The notes: generated by a model from the letters alone, not told the origin. 18,269 nucleotides of DNA from Clostridia bacterium (GCA_030526225.1 JAUNDF010000043.1:1-18269); one strand, 5' to 3'. Counted from the stretch's first letter, positions 1 through 8,254 are shown. Made by a program: numbers and translations.

Positions 1-97
1 TTGATGTTGCACTTGATTGACAATCTAGCGTGCCCCGAAGGGGCGGAAGAGGTCTTGTGAGGCTGTAAATCGTATTCTTTCACAGCCCTTTCTTATA

Positions 98-132
98 TGC
101 AAAACCGCGCACCCACACAGGGTACGCGGTTT
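98..132 (-). terminator. Rho-independent terminator downstream of the aminotransferase gene
   Basis: On the minus strand, the stem AAACCGCG (plus 125-132) pairs with CGCGGTTT (plus 102-109). An inner ACCC/GGGT pairing lies at 111-114/120-123. A TTTT run follows (plus 98-101). It sits 15 nt after the TAA stop at 147-149. Confidence 0.55.
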
Positions 133-146
133 CATTTCATATTAAA

Positions 147-1346
147 TTATTCCAGCCCCTGGATGAACTCCTCAATCCGGTCAAGGCCCTTCATGATGTT
201 CTCCATGGAGGAGGCGTAGGACAGGCGGCAGTAGCCCTCGGCCTCGAAGGCCACACCGGGCACCAGGGCCACCTGCTTTTCGGCCAGCAGCAGCTCGGCA
301 AAGTCCATGCTGCCCTCCAGCACACGGCCGTTGTAGCTGCGGCCCAGCAGCTCCTTGATGTTGAGCATGATGTAGAACGCGCCCTGGGGCTTCTTGCAGG
401 AAACACCCTCGATGCTGTTGATGCGCTCGCACATGGCGTTGCGGCGGCGTTCAAACTCAGCCACCATTTCATTCACACAGCTCTGGTCGCCGCTGATGGC
501 CTTCAGCGCCGCATACTGGGCGATGGAGTTGGCGTTGGAGCTGGCGTGGGACTGGTAGTTGGTCATGGCCTTGATAACGTTTCTGGGGCCGGCCACATAG
601 CCGATACGCCAGCCGGTCATGGCATAGGACTTGCTGACACCGTTGACGATAAAGGTCTGGGCCTTGATTTCCTCGCCCAGATTGGCGATGGACAGGTGCT
701 TCTGTCCGTCGTAAATCAGCTTCTCATAAATCTCGTCACTGATGACATAGAAGGGATGGGTGATGGCCAGCTCGGCCACAAACTCCAGCTGTTCCCGGCT
801 CCACACGCTGCCGTTGGGGTTGGAGGGACTGGTGATGATGATGGCCTTGGTACGGCGGGTTACGCGGCTGGCAATATCACGGTTGGTGGGGATGAAGTTG
901 TTTTCCTCGGTGGAAGGCACATACACGGGCACACCGCCGGCCATGCGCACCATTTCAGGATAGGAAATCCAGCAGGGGGTGGGAATCAGCACCTCATCGC
1001 CGGGATCGAGGATGGCCTGCATCAGGGTGAACAGGCTGTGCTTGGCGCCGTTGGATACGATAATATCGCCGTAGGAGTAGGTCATATCGTTTTCCACCCG
1101 CAGCTTTTCGCAGATGGCCTTGCGCAGCTCCTTGGTGCCTGCGGCGGGGGTATAACGGGTCAGGCCCATGTCGATGGCTTCCTTGGCAGCCTCACGGATG
1201 TGGGCGGGGGTGGGGAAATCCGGCTCGCCTGCGCCAAAGCTGACCACATCCAGCCCGCGGGCCTTCATCTCCTTGGCGTTGGCGTCAATCTTCAGGGTCA
1301 GGGACGGAGCGATACTCTGGCAGCGATGGGAAATGGTCAGGGACAT
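147..1346 (-). CDS. Class I pyridoxal-phosphate aminotransferase, aspartate aminotransferase-like
   Basis: Intact 399-aa ORF. Family motifs: GAGEPDFPTP, SPSNPNGS, and the PLP-lysine motif SKSYAMTGWRIGY. AGGAGG lies 9 nt upstream of the ATG. Stop is TAA. Confidence 0.85.
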   Translation of the reverse strand: MSLTISHRCQSIAPSLTLKIDANAKEMKARGLDVVSFGAGEPDFPTPAHIREAAKEAIDMGLTRYTPAAGTKELRKAICEKLRVENDMTYSYGDIIVSNGAKHSLFTLMQAILDPGDEVLIPTPCWISYPEMVRMAGGVPVYVPSTEENNFIPTNRDIASRVTRRTKAIIITSPSNPNGSVWSREQLEFVAELAITHPFYVISDEIYEKLIYDGQKHLSIANLGEEIKAQTFIVNGVSKSYAMTGWRIGYVAGPRNVIKAMTNYQSHASSNANSIAQYAALKAISGDQSCVNEMVAEFERRRNAMCERINSIEGVSCKKPQGAFYIMLNIKELLGRSYNGRVLEGSMDFAELLLAEKQVALVPGVAFEAEGYCRLSYASSMENIMKGLDRIEEFIQGLE

Positions 1347-1390
1347 AGAGCAAAGCCTCCTAAAATGCTTGTTGCATAATCATCCGAACA

Positions 1391-1423
1391 TAAAAACAGA
1401 CTGCCCCTTTTCAGGAGCAGTCC
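1391..1423 (-). terminator. Terminator-like hairpin in the intergenic region between the DUF975 and aminotransferase genes
   Basis: On the minus strand, GACTGC (plus 1417-1422) pairs with GCAGTC (plus 1399-1404), with two extra GC pairs. TGTTTTTA follows. It lies about 150 nt downstream of the DUF975 stop and abuts the putative -10 of the aminotransferase promoter. Confidence 0.3.
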
Positions 1424-1424
1424 T

Positions 1425-1453
1425 ATTATATGCTTTTTTCTCCGGACTGGCAA
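1425..1453 (-). promoter_or_regulatory. Putative sigma-70 type promoter for the aminotransferase gene
   Basis: Minus strand TTGCCA (plus 1448-1453), 17 nt spacer, TATAAT (plus 1425-1430). Confidence 0.4.
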
Positions 1454-1573
1454 GAGCAAATTCAAGAAAAATGCATTATTTTATTGTTAAAATTGCAAAT
1501 TTCCTGTTTTTCTCTTGCATTTTTCAGGGAATATAGTGGTATCGGATGTTTTGTTATTCTTTTTTGAGAATTT

Positions 1574-2476
1574 TTACAGCTCCGGTATTTCCTGCTGTCC
1601 ATCCGCGGGAGCAGCATTCTCCGCATCGGAGCAATCCAGATAGAAGGCACCGTACACGGCGGTGATGTATACGGTAATCATCAGCTGAACCATCAGCGCC
1701 AATGTCTGGGCAATGACAAAGCCGAAAATGCCGGAGACCAGATTGGCCAGCATGTTCGCGGCCATGTTCAGCAGAAGGTAGGTCACCACGAGGCCGAAAT
1801 ACTTGCCCTTGCGGTTTTTCATCAGCTGCTTGCTGCGGCGGATGGCGGCAAGCACGCCGGTTTCAGGAGCATCTGCCACCACAAAGGTGGACATGGCGTA
1901 GCGGCACCATGCCATCACCGCAGGCACCACCATCAGCGCAAAGCACAGGTAGTAGCCGGACAGGAGCAGCTCCACGCTGCCGTTGCCGCTGGTCAACATC
2001 GCGGCGATGAACACCACCAGCGCGATGATGCCGGGGATGCTCCACAGGGCGATTTTGATGACGATCACAATCTGCAGCAGCAATGCCTTGAAGAAGCGGC
2101 CAAGCAGGGCAAAGGCTTCGTTGATGCTGCCCTCCTGCCCCCGCTGGATGTTCAGCAGATGGCGGTTCATGCCCAGCACCAGCACAGGGGTCAGCACCAT
2201 ACCCAGCAGCGTCAGCAGGGAATTGAGCATGGCCGTGTTCCGGGGCACAGCGCTGATAAAGGCGTTGAGGACCCGCTCCGGGAACTGCAGGTCATTCATG
2301 GTCAGCGTGGCCAGAATGTTGTACAGCCGGTCAGTCAAGGTGGCGTGGGTCACAATGCCCATCACCTGCGCAATCAGATTGGGGGCGGAGGCAATCAGCC
2401 CCACCAGCAAAGCCGTTTGCCATTTGCCCTGCAGGGCAGCGGCGGCACGGCGGCGAAGTTCAGCGTTCGGCACCAT
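1574..2476 (-). CDS. DUF975-family integral membrane protein
   Basis: 300-aa ORF. The N-terminus ...RRRAAAALQGKWQTALLVGLIA... is typical of DUF975, followed by several hydrophobic helices. Stop is TAA. Family assignment is from memory of the family signature and was not searched. Confidence 0.6.
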   Translation of the reverse strand: MVPNAELRRRAAAALQGKWQTALLVGLIASAPNLIAQVMGIVTHATLTDRLYNILATLTMNDLQFPERVLNAFISAVPRNTAMLNSLLTLLGMVLTPVLVLGMNRHLLNIQRGQEGSINEAFALLGRFFKALLLQIVIVIKIALWSIPGIIALVVFIAAMLTSGNGSVELLLSGYYLCFALMVVPAVMAWCRYAMSTFVVADAPETGVLAAIRRSKQLMKNRKGKYFGLVVTYLLLNMAANMLANLVSGIFGFVIAQTLALMVQLMITVYITAVYGAFYLDCSDAENAAPADGQQEIPEL

Positions 2477-2506
2477 AAAAACCCTTCTTTTCTATAGAAT
2501 GAACCC

Positions 2507-2535
2507 ATTGTAGCACGATGTACCGCCCCTTGCAA
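2507..2535 (-). promoter_or_regulatory. Putative promoter for the DUF975 gene
   Basis: Minus strand TTGCAA (2530-2535), 17 nt spacer, TACAAT (plus 2507-2512). It lies about 30 nt upstream of the ATG. Confidence 0.45.
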
Positions 2536-2545
2536 CCCCGCAGCC

Positions 2546-2574
2546 TTGCCACTGCCCGTGATTGCTGGTATAAT
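2546..2574 (+). promoter_or_regulatory. Putative promoter, with extended -10, for the membrane-protein / acyltransferase pair
   Basis: TTGCCA (2546-2551), 17 nt spacer, TGgTATAAT (TG at 2566-2567, TATAAT at 2569-2574). It is divergent from the DUF975 promoter. Confidence 0.5.
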
Positions 2575-2606
2575 GTTGAAAGATACCCGTTCAAGGAGGC
2601 TCCGAA

Positions 2607-3854
2607 TTGATGAAGCAGCTTTTCTCCCGCAAAAACGCCCCCGGCCTTGTGCTGTTCGCAGCGTTTTGGCTGATTTATACCCTTGCCGCCTTCCGGCTGT
2701 TTTATGCCCAGTGCACCGCCGTGCTGGACGGCACCCGCACCGCCGCATACAACTCCGACATGTGGGCCTACATCCCGGAAATGCTGGGGCAGAAGGCCGC
2801 GCCCACGCCCTTCCCCTACCCCATTCTGTTTCTGCTGGGGCGGCTGTTCCATCTGGTGATGGGTCCCGCCGCCGCCATGGCCTGTGCCACCACACTGCTG
2901 GTATCCCTGTCTGTGGCCGCGGTGTTTGCGGGCCTTGCCTGCACCCTGCTGCCCCGGCTGAAGAGCATCCGTGACGGATACGCCCCGGCTATCCTCACCG
3001 CACTGGCCGCCATGGCGGTGTTCCTGTCCGCCATGCTGATGCTCCCCGGAGAGGGTCATCTCCCCGGCCTGAAGTATGATTATGTGGGCGTGGGCACCCC
3101 CAGCCCCTGGCACAACGCCACCTATCTGGCCGCCCGTCCCTTTGCCGTGGCTGCGTTCTTCCTGCTGTGCCGCCTGCTGGAGGTATACGAAACGGAGGGC
3201 TTTGCCAGCCACAAGGGGCTGTACATCGGCTTTGCCGCCGCGCTGGTGCTGACCACCCTGGCCAAGCCCAGCTACACCCTGCTGGTGTGCATCACTGCCG
3301 CCTGCGTGATGCTTTACCGCCTGTTCCGCACCCGCTGGCGCACCTTCGGCAAGGCATTCGCCCTTGGGCTTGCCTTTGTGCCCACCGCCGCGGTGATGCT
3401 GTGGCAGTTCTTCATCCGCTTCACCCCCGGTGCCGAGCCCGGCGGCGGCATCACCTTTGGCTTGGGTGATGCATGGCTGCTGTATGTGGATTCCATCCCG
3501 CTGGCGGTGCTGTACGCCATCGCCTTCCCGCTGGTGACGCTGCTGACCCATCTGCCCCGGCTGAAGACAAACACGCACTTCCGCTTTGCATGGCTGCAGT
3601 ATCTCGTTGCCCTCCTCATGGCCTATTTCCTGAAGGAGGGCGGCTCCGGTCTGCGGGACTTCAATTTCTTCTGGGGCTACATGTGCGGTCTGCTGTTCCT
3701 GTTTGTCGTATCCGCCGAAGCACTGGCGGAGGATATCGCCCGGTGGCCCCAAAGAAAGGCCGCCGTCATCGCCCAGAGCATCATGCTGTTGTGCCACATC
3801 GCCGGCGGCGTGTGCTACTATGTCGCTCTGATGCAGGGGAAGATGTACTTCTGA
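2607..3854 (+). CDS. Polytopic integral membrane protein of unknown function, roughly 10-12 predicted helices
   Basis: 415-aa ORF. AGGAGG at 2594-2599. Start is TTG 2607 or the adjacent ATG 2610. The sequence is strongly hydrophobic throughout. Stop is TGA. I recognise no family. Confidence 0.6.
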   Translation: MMKQLFSRKNAPGLVLFAAFWLIYTLAAFRLFYAQCTAVLDGTRTAAYNSDMWAYIPEMLGQKAAPTPFPYPILFLLGRLFHLVMGPAAAMACATTLLVSLSVAAVFAGLACTLLPRLKSIRDGYAPAILTALAAMAVFLSAMLMLPGEGHLPGLKYDYVGVGTPSPWHNATYLAARPFAVAAFFLLCRLLEVYETEGFASHKGLYIGFAAALVLTTLAKPSYTLLVCITAACVMLYRLFRTRWRTFGKAFALGLAFVPTAAVMLWQFFIRFTPGAEPGGGITFGLGDAWLLYVDSIPLAVLYAIAFPLVTLLTHLPRLKTNTHFRFAWLQYLVALLMAYFLKEGGSGLRDFNFFWGYMCGLLFLFVVSAEALAEDIARWPQRKAAVIAQSIMLLCHIAGGVCYYVALMQGKMYF

Positions 3855-3898
3855 TGCAGTAGCCCGCCCCCCATTCGCCCCACCGACCTGACAATGGA

Positions 3899-5016
3899 GT
3901 GCAATTGCCCGTGACGACCCAGACCAAGCTGCAGCCCGCCCGGAAGCGGGATGCCAACATCGAGCTGATGCGGCTGTTTGCCTGCTTCAGCGTGCTGCTG
4001 ATGCACTGCCCCAACCGGATTCTGGAGGCTGAGGTCCTCGGCTCCTGCGGTGTGGCGCTGTTTTCTCCATCACCGGCTGTTTCTGGTTCCGCAGCCAGAA
4101 AAGCTATCTTTCCGTCATCCGCAGCTTTGCCCTGCACGTGCTGCTGCCGGTGCTGCTGCTGGAGGTGTTCGCCCAGGCCATTGCGCCGTGGTTTACAGCC
4201 CCCGGTCTGTCCCTGTCAGCAGACCAGCTGGTGATGCCTGATTTTGTCGGCATTCTGCGGGGCGTATGGCAGCTGAATTTCCGGGCATGGACCGGGCTTG
4301 GCGGCCACACCTGGTACATCACCGAATTGATGCGGTGCCTGCTGTACTTCATCCCCATGAAGCTGGTGGCCACCCATCCCGACAAAAGGGTCTGCCGGGG
4401 CGTTGCCGCCTTTGTGCTGGTGATGACCTGCATCAGCTCCGTCCGCACCGCTTATCCGGCTACCACGCTGTGCCTGCCCCCTTCCCAGCTGATTTTCCCC
4501 TGCTATTTCGTGATGCTGATGGTGGGGCAGGAAATGTATGCTGCCCGGGAAAGGCTGCGCAGCGGCCGCGTATTCTGCGCGGGTCTTGCCGGCTTTGTGC
4601 TGCTGACAGCGGGAAAATATCTGCTCAACCGCACGGGGCTGCTGGGGTATGATCTGTGCTTTTCCGCAGACAGCCCGTTCACCTTCCTGTCCCTGCCGTT
4701 TCTCTACATGATGTTCCTGCCCATCCGCCTGCCGGAGCGCGCGGCGGATGTCATTCGCCGGCTGGCAAAGAAAACCTTCTATGTCTACCTGCTGCATCCG
4801 CTGATTAACGACAAGCTCCGCGCATTGGGCGTATTCGACCGCACCTTCGCCTTTTTCATCGGCAAAACGCCCATCCTGATGCTGGATTATCTGCTGATGT
4901 GCCTGTGCAACATCCTCATTGACTTTACCATAGCGGTGCTTCTGACCCTGCCCTTCACCGCCCTGCATAAGGCCATCATGCTGCTCCGAAGCCAAAAAAA
5001 GGCGGCAAACCCTTGA
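3899..5016 (+). pseudogene. Acyltransferase family 3 (OafA/YrhL-like O-acyltransferase) membrane protein, disrupted by a 1-nt frameshift
   Basis: The N-terminal piece (3899 or GTG 3911, to about 4064) reads ...RDANIELMRLFACFSVLLMHC...GVALF, typical of acyltransferase_3. The rest continues in another frame (open from 4033, track ORF 4138..5016). Adding one T to the TTTT run at 4061-4064 restores ...GVALFFSITGCFWFRSQKSYLSVIRSFALHVLLPVLL... Confidence 0.7.
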
Positions 5017-5087
5017 AATAAGCCATTTTGAATGGGGTTTATTGGGCTTTCCTATCGGTTTTTTGCTTTTTGCAGCCGTCAATGCTC

Positions 5088-5116
5088 TTGTATTTTCATT
5101 TATGCCGTTGTATAAT
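5088..5116 (+). promoter_or_regulatory. Putative promoter for the HPr-like gene
   Basis: TTGTAT (5088-5093), 17 nt spacer, TATAAT (5111-5116). GGAGGA at 5135-5140 lies 8 nt before ATG 5149. Confidence 0.5.
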
Positions 5117-5148
5117 ATGGTGTACTAACGGAATGGAGGAGATTTGGT

Positions 5149-5376
5149 ATGAAGCAGATCAACGTTCGTCTTTCCCTGGCTGAAAACGTAAAGAATTTCG
5201 TCAACCTGGTCAATCGTTATCCCTATGACATGGATCTTCGTGCCGGTCGCCATGTTGTTGATGCAAAGTCCATCCTGGGCATTTTCTCCCTGGACCTGAG
5301 CAAGCCCATCTCTCTGGAGGTTTACTCCGACGATTGCGAAGACCTGATGAAGGACCTGGAATCTTTCCTGATCTGA
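5149..5376 (+). CDS. HPr-like small protein (PTS HPr fold) lacking the His15 phosphorylation site
   Basis: 75 aa. It aligns by eye along its length with Bacillus HPr. GRHVVDAKSILGIFSLDL matches GKTVNLKSIMGVMSLGI (Ser46 region). The His15 segment GIHARPA is replaced by LAENVKN. Good RBS. Stop is TGA. Confidence 0.55.
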   Translation: MKQINVRLSLAENVKNFVNLVNRYPYDMDLRAGRHVVDAKSILGIFSLDLSKPISLEVYSDDCEDLMKDLESFLI

Positions 5377-5402
5377 TTGGGTCTGAACCGTGCGCAATTA
5401 TT

Positions 5403-5433
5403 CCCTCCAAGTAACTGCTTGGAGGGTTTCTTT
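5403..5433 (+). terminator. Rho-independent terminator after the HPr-like gene
   Basis: CCCTCCAAG (5403-5411), loop taactg, CTTGGAGGG (5418-5426), then TTTCTTT. Confidence 0.6.
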
Positions 5434-5453
5434 ATGGAGCGGAGGAATGGCAA

Positions 5454-6203
5454 GTGCTTGAACGGCGGTACATCCCCGAAACAGAAAACCGGCTGGTGAT
5501 TCTTCATGCGCTGGAAAAGCTGGGGCCGATTACGGAAATGCAGCTGCTGCGCTTTCTCACCGAGCTGGACCTGATGAACTACTTCGACATGAAGCTGAAC
5601 CTGTGCGATATGCTCGACCGCGGCAAGCTGGCCGAGGAGCCGCATCCGCTGGGGGCGCTGCTGTGCATCACCGCGGAGGGCCGTCAGCTGCTGACGGACT
5701 TTGAAAAGCGCATCCCCGCCAGCCGCCGGGAGATGATTGACCAGTCCACCACCGTATGGCGCGCCGCCTTCCGGCGGGAGCAGCAGACGCTGGCCGATGT
5801 ATTCCCCCTGTCCGACGGCAGCAGCTGCATCCGCCTGCGGCTGCTGGAAAACCGCTCTGCCATCCTTGACGCGATGATTACCGTGCAGGAGGCAAAGCCC
5901 CAGCATCAGATTCAGCAGAAGTGGCTGCAGTGCTCCGGCGATTTGTATTCCGCCATCACCGACAGCCTTGCCCAGGGCTTTCTGGGCGAAATGCCCCAGG
6001 AGGACCTGCCCCCCAACACCGCCGTGCAGCAGATGGAGAACACCGACTGGCTGCTGTCCATGGCCGATGAGCCTGCCCATCCCCGGATGACGCTGATGAT
6101 GGCCCTCCCCGACGAGGCCATGGCCCGCCACTACGCCCTGCGCTGGCCGGCGCAGTGTCAGGCAATCGGGAAGGTCATCTGCGAGGCGCTGGAGGAATCA
6201 TAA
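5454..6203 (+). CDS. DUF4364-family protein (winged-helix / PadR-like N-terminus)
   Basis: 249-aa ORF. GTG start, 8 nt after GGAGG (5441-5445). The N-terminus ...ENRLVILHALEKLGPITEMQLLRFLTELDLMNYFDMKLNLCDML... resembles DUF4364. Family recalled from memory, not searched. Stop is TAA. Confidence 0.5.
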   Translation: MLERRYIPETENRLVILHALEKLGPITEMQLLRFLTELDLMNYFDMKLNLCDMLDRGKLAEEPHPLGALLCITAEGRQLLTDFEKRIPASRREMIDQSTTVWRAAFRREQQTLADVFPLSDGSSCIRLRLLENRSAILDAMITVQEAKPQHQIQQKWLQCSGDLYSAITDSLAQGFLGEMPQEDLPPNTAVQQMENTDWLLSMADEPAHPRMTLMMALPDEAMARHYALRWPAQCQAIGKVICEALEES

Positions 6204-6213
6204 ATGATTATGG

Positions 6214-6245
6214 GACTGTGAAAAGCTTTTTTCACAGTCTTTTTT
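6214..6245 (+). terminator. Strong rho-independent terminator after the DUF4364 gene
   Basis: Perfect 11-bp stem GACTGTGAAAA (6214-6224) / TTTTCACAGTC (6229-6239), followed by TTTTTT (6240-6245). Confidence 0.8.
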
Positions 6246-6349
6246 CTCCCCCTCTGGCGCATATTCCACCACCCTGTCCATCCCTTTGTTAAAACCATCG
6301 CAAACCCGCGATTTATCTGGGGTTTCGGCGATTTTCTGCGCGGAAAATC

Positions 6350-6379
6350 TTGACAATATCCCCCCGGAATCGCTATTAT
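6350..6379 (+). promoter_or_regulatory. Putative promoter for prfC
   Basis: TTGACA (6350-6355), 18 nt spacer, TATTAT (6374-6379), about 37 nt upstream of the ATG. Confidence 0.5.
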
Positions 6380-6415
6380 ATATAGTTGGAAAATCCCAAA
6401 TTGCAGGAGGAAAAC

Positions 6416-8032
6416 ATGCTGCCCGCAACCGATACACAGGAGTTCAAGGAGCTGCTGCACCAGCAGGTGGACAAGCGGCGAACCTTTGCCATTATTTCTC
6501 ACCCCGACGCCGGTAAAACGACCCTGACGGAAAAGCTGCTGCTCTACAGCGGAGCCATCCGCAGCGCAGGCAGCGTGAAGGCCCGCAAGAGTGACAAGCA
6601 CGCCACCTCCGACTGGATGGACATCGAAAAGCAGCGCGGCATTTCCGTGACCAGCTCCGCCATGCAGTTTGAGTATGACGGCTACCACATCAACATTCTG
6701 GATACCCCCGGTCACCAGGACTTCTCCGAGGATACCTACCGCGTGCTGGTGGCTGCCGATGCCGCTGTGATGCTCATTGACGCCGCCAAGGGCGTGGAGG
6801 CCCAGACCATCAAGCTGTTCAAGGTCTGCCGCATGCGCAACATCCCCATCTTCACCTTCGTCAACAAGATGGACCGCGCCGCCCGCGATCCCTTTGAACT
6901 GATGCAGGAGCTGGAGGATGTGCTGGGCATCCGGTCCTGCCCCATCAACTGGCCCATCGGCGTGGACGGTGACTTCCAGGGTGTGTATCACCGCGACACG
7001 AAGATGGTGGAGCTGTATGAAAACGGCGACCACGGCAAAAAGAAGCTGGACAAGCTGGACATTGCCCTGGATGATCCCGCCATCCACGATGTGCTGGCCC
7101 AGCATTATATCGACCGCCTGAATGAGGAAATCGAGCTGCTGGACATCGGCGAGGAATTCGATCCGGAGCGCGTGCGCAAGGGCGAGCTGACCCCCATGTT
7201 CTTCGGCTCCGCCGTTACCAACTTCGGCGTGGAGCCCTTCCTGGAGCGGTTCCTCAAGTTCACCCCGCCGCCCCTGTCCCGCCTGAGCGATGCGGGCGAA
7301 ATCGGCCCCGAGGAGCCCTACTTCTCCGGCTTTGTGTTTAAAATTCAGGCCAACATGAACCCCGCCCACCGCGACCGTCTGGCCTTTATGCGCATTGTAT
7401 CCGGTGCCTATCAGAAGGGCATGGAGGTATGGCACAGCGGCACGGGCAAGCAGGTGACCCTGAAGCAGCCCCAGCAGTTTATGGCTGACGAGCGCGAGGC
7501 TGTGGAGGAAGCCTGGGCCGGTGACATCATCGGTCTGTTCGACCCCGGCATCTATCAGCTGGGCGATACGCTGTCCTCCGGCCCCAAGATTCATTACGAA
7601 AACATCCCGGTGTTCGCCCCCGAGTTCTTCAACCGCGTCCGCCCCGAGGACAGCATGAAGCGCAAGCAGTTCCAGAAGGGCATCAGCCAGCTGGCTGAAG
7701 AGGGCGCCATCCAGACCTTTATCCGCACCGAAACCGGCCGTGAGGAATTCATGGTGGGCGTTGTCGGTGTGCTGCAGTTTGAGGTGCTGGAGCATCGGCT
7801 GAAGACCGAGTACCAGACCAAGATTGTGATGGAGGGCATGCCCTTCCGCCACGTGCGCTGGGTGGTCAAGAGCCCCAAGCCCATCGAGGACCTGAAGCTC
7901 ACCTCCACCTCCGGCCGCGCCAAGGATTCCCGCGGACGCGACGTGCTGCTGTTCGAAAACGAATGGAGCATCCGTCTGGCCTGCGAGAACAACGAAGGTC
8001 TTGAGCTGGCCGAAACCGCCAACAGACTGTAA
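6416..8032 (+). CDS. prfC: Peptide chain release factor 3 (translational GTPase)
   Basis: 538 aa from ATG 6416, with AGGAGG at 6405-6410. The track ORF starts earlier at 6386 in the same frame. RF3 hallmarks: RRTFAIISHPDAGKTTLTEKLL, DWMDIEKQRGISV, LDTPGHQDF, NKMDR. Stop is TAA. Confidence 0.93.
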   Translation: MLPATDTQEFKELLHQQVDKRRTFAIISHPDAGKTTLTEKLLLYSGAIRSAGSVKARKSDKHATSDWMDIEKQRGISVTSSAMQFEYDGYHINILDTPGHQDFSEDTYRVLVAADAAVMLIDAAKGVEAQTIKLFKVCRMRNIPIFTFVNKMDRAARDPFELMQELEDVLGIRSCPINWPIGVDGDFQGVYHRDTKMVELYENGDHGKKKLDKLDIALDDPAIHDVLAQHYIDRLNEEIELLDIGEEFDPERVRKGELTPMFFGSAVTNFGVEPFLERFLKFTPPPLSRLSDAGEIGPEEPYFSGFVFKIQANMNPAHRDRLAFMRIVSGAYQKGMEVWHSGTGKQVTLKQPQQFMADEREAVEEAWAGDIIGLFDPGIYQLGDTLSSGPKIHYENIPVFAPEFFNRVRPEDSMKRKQFQKGISQLAEEGAIQTFIRTETGREEFMVGVVGVLQFEVLEHRLKTEYQTKIVMEGMPFRHVRWVVKSPKPIEDLKLTSTSGRAKDSRGRDVLLFENEWSIRLACENNEGLELAETANRL

Positions 8033-8037
8033 CCGAA

Positions 8038-8201
8038 GCCCTCTCACCGCCTGCGGGCGGAGCTCCCCCGGAGGGGGAGCCAAAGGGGCTGTGCAGCTTT
8101 GCTGTCTGGATGCACCCAAGCTGCTGAGCCGCATAATAAGCTTGCAGTAATCAGCCTTGGCTCTCCCTTTGGGAGAGCTGTCGCGAAGCGACTGAGAGGG
8201 C
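8038..8201. repeat. Composite inverted-repeat (REP/MITE-like) structured intergenic element between prfC and typA
   Basis: Arm A (8038-8086) and the reverse complement of arm B (8155-8201) are related copies of about 46-49 nt. The termini are perfect: GCCCTCTCA (8038-8046) / TGAGAGGGC (8193-8201). Each arm has two nested GC hairpins. Arm A: CCGCC/GGCGG 8047-8060 and GCTCCCC/GGGGAGC 8062-8080. Arm B: GCTCTCCC/GGGAGAGC 8160-8178 and GTCGC/GCGAC 8180-8192. Confidence 0.6.
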
Positions 8202-8254
8202 GTTCCTGCTTTTTCCCCATTCCTAACCCTATTTCTTTAGGAGGAATACAATTT

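Noticed and set aside
4061-4064. Phase variation by slipped-strand mispairing at the frameshift site of the acyltransferase.
   Set aside because: The homopolymer is only four T, far shorter than tracts known to slip at useful rates. A fixed mutation or an assembly error is more likely.
6217-6237. CRP-like TGTGA...TCACA half-sites in the hairpins at 6217-6237 and 10145-10163.
   Set aside because: The spacing is 8-11 nt rather than 6. The sequences are fully explained as terminator stems followed by T runs.
6297-6336. An imperfect hairpin ATCGCAAACCC...GGGTTTcgGCGAT followed by TTTTC, upstream of the prfC promoter, as a second terminator or regulatory element.
   Set aside because: The stem is interrupted and the loop is long. 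A strong terminator already lies 60 nt upstream. The evidence is too weak to annotate.
6416-8032. A functional link between the RF3 gene (prfC) and amber read-through in the operon 2 kb downstream.
   Set aside because: Proximity only. prfC looks canonical with intact G motifs. Nothing in the sequence connects the two loci.
8099-8254. N-terminal extension of the typA ORF (track start 8099), ORF 8044..8361 (-), and the 6386 start of prfC.
   Set aside because: The extensions translate the inverted-repeat element or the leader and lack an RBS. Canonical N-termini with AGGAGG sites are at 8255 and 6416.
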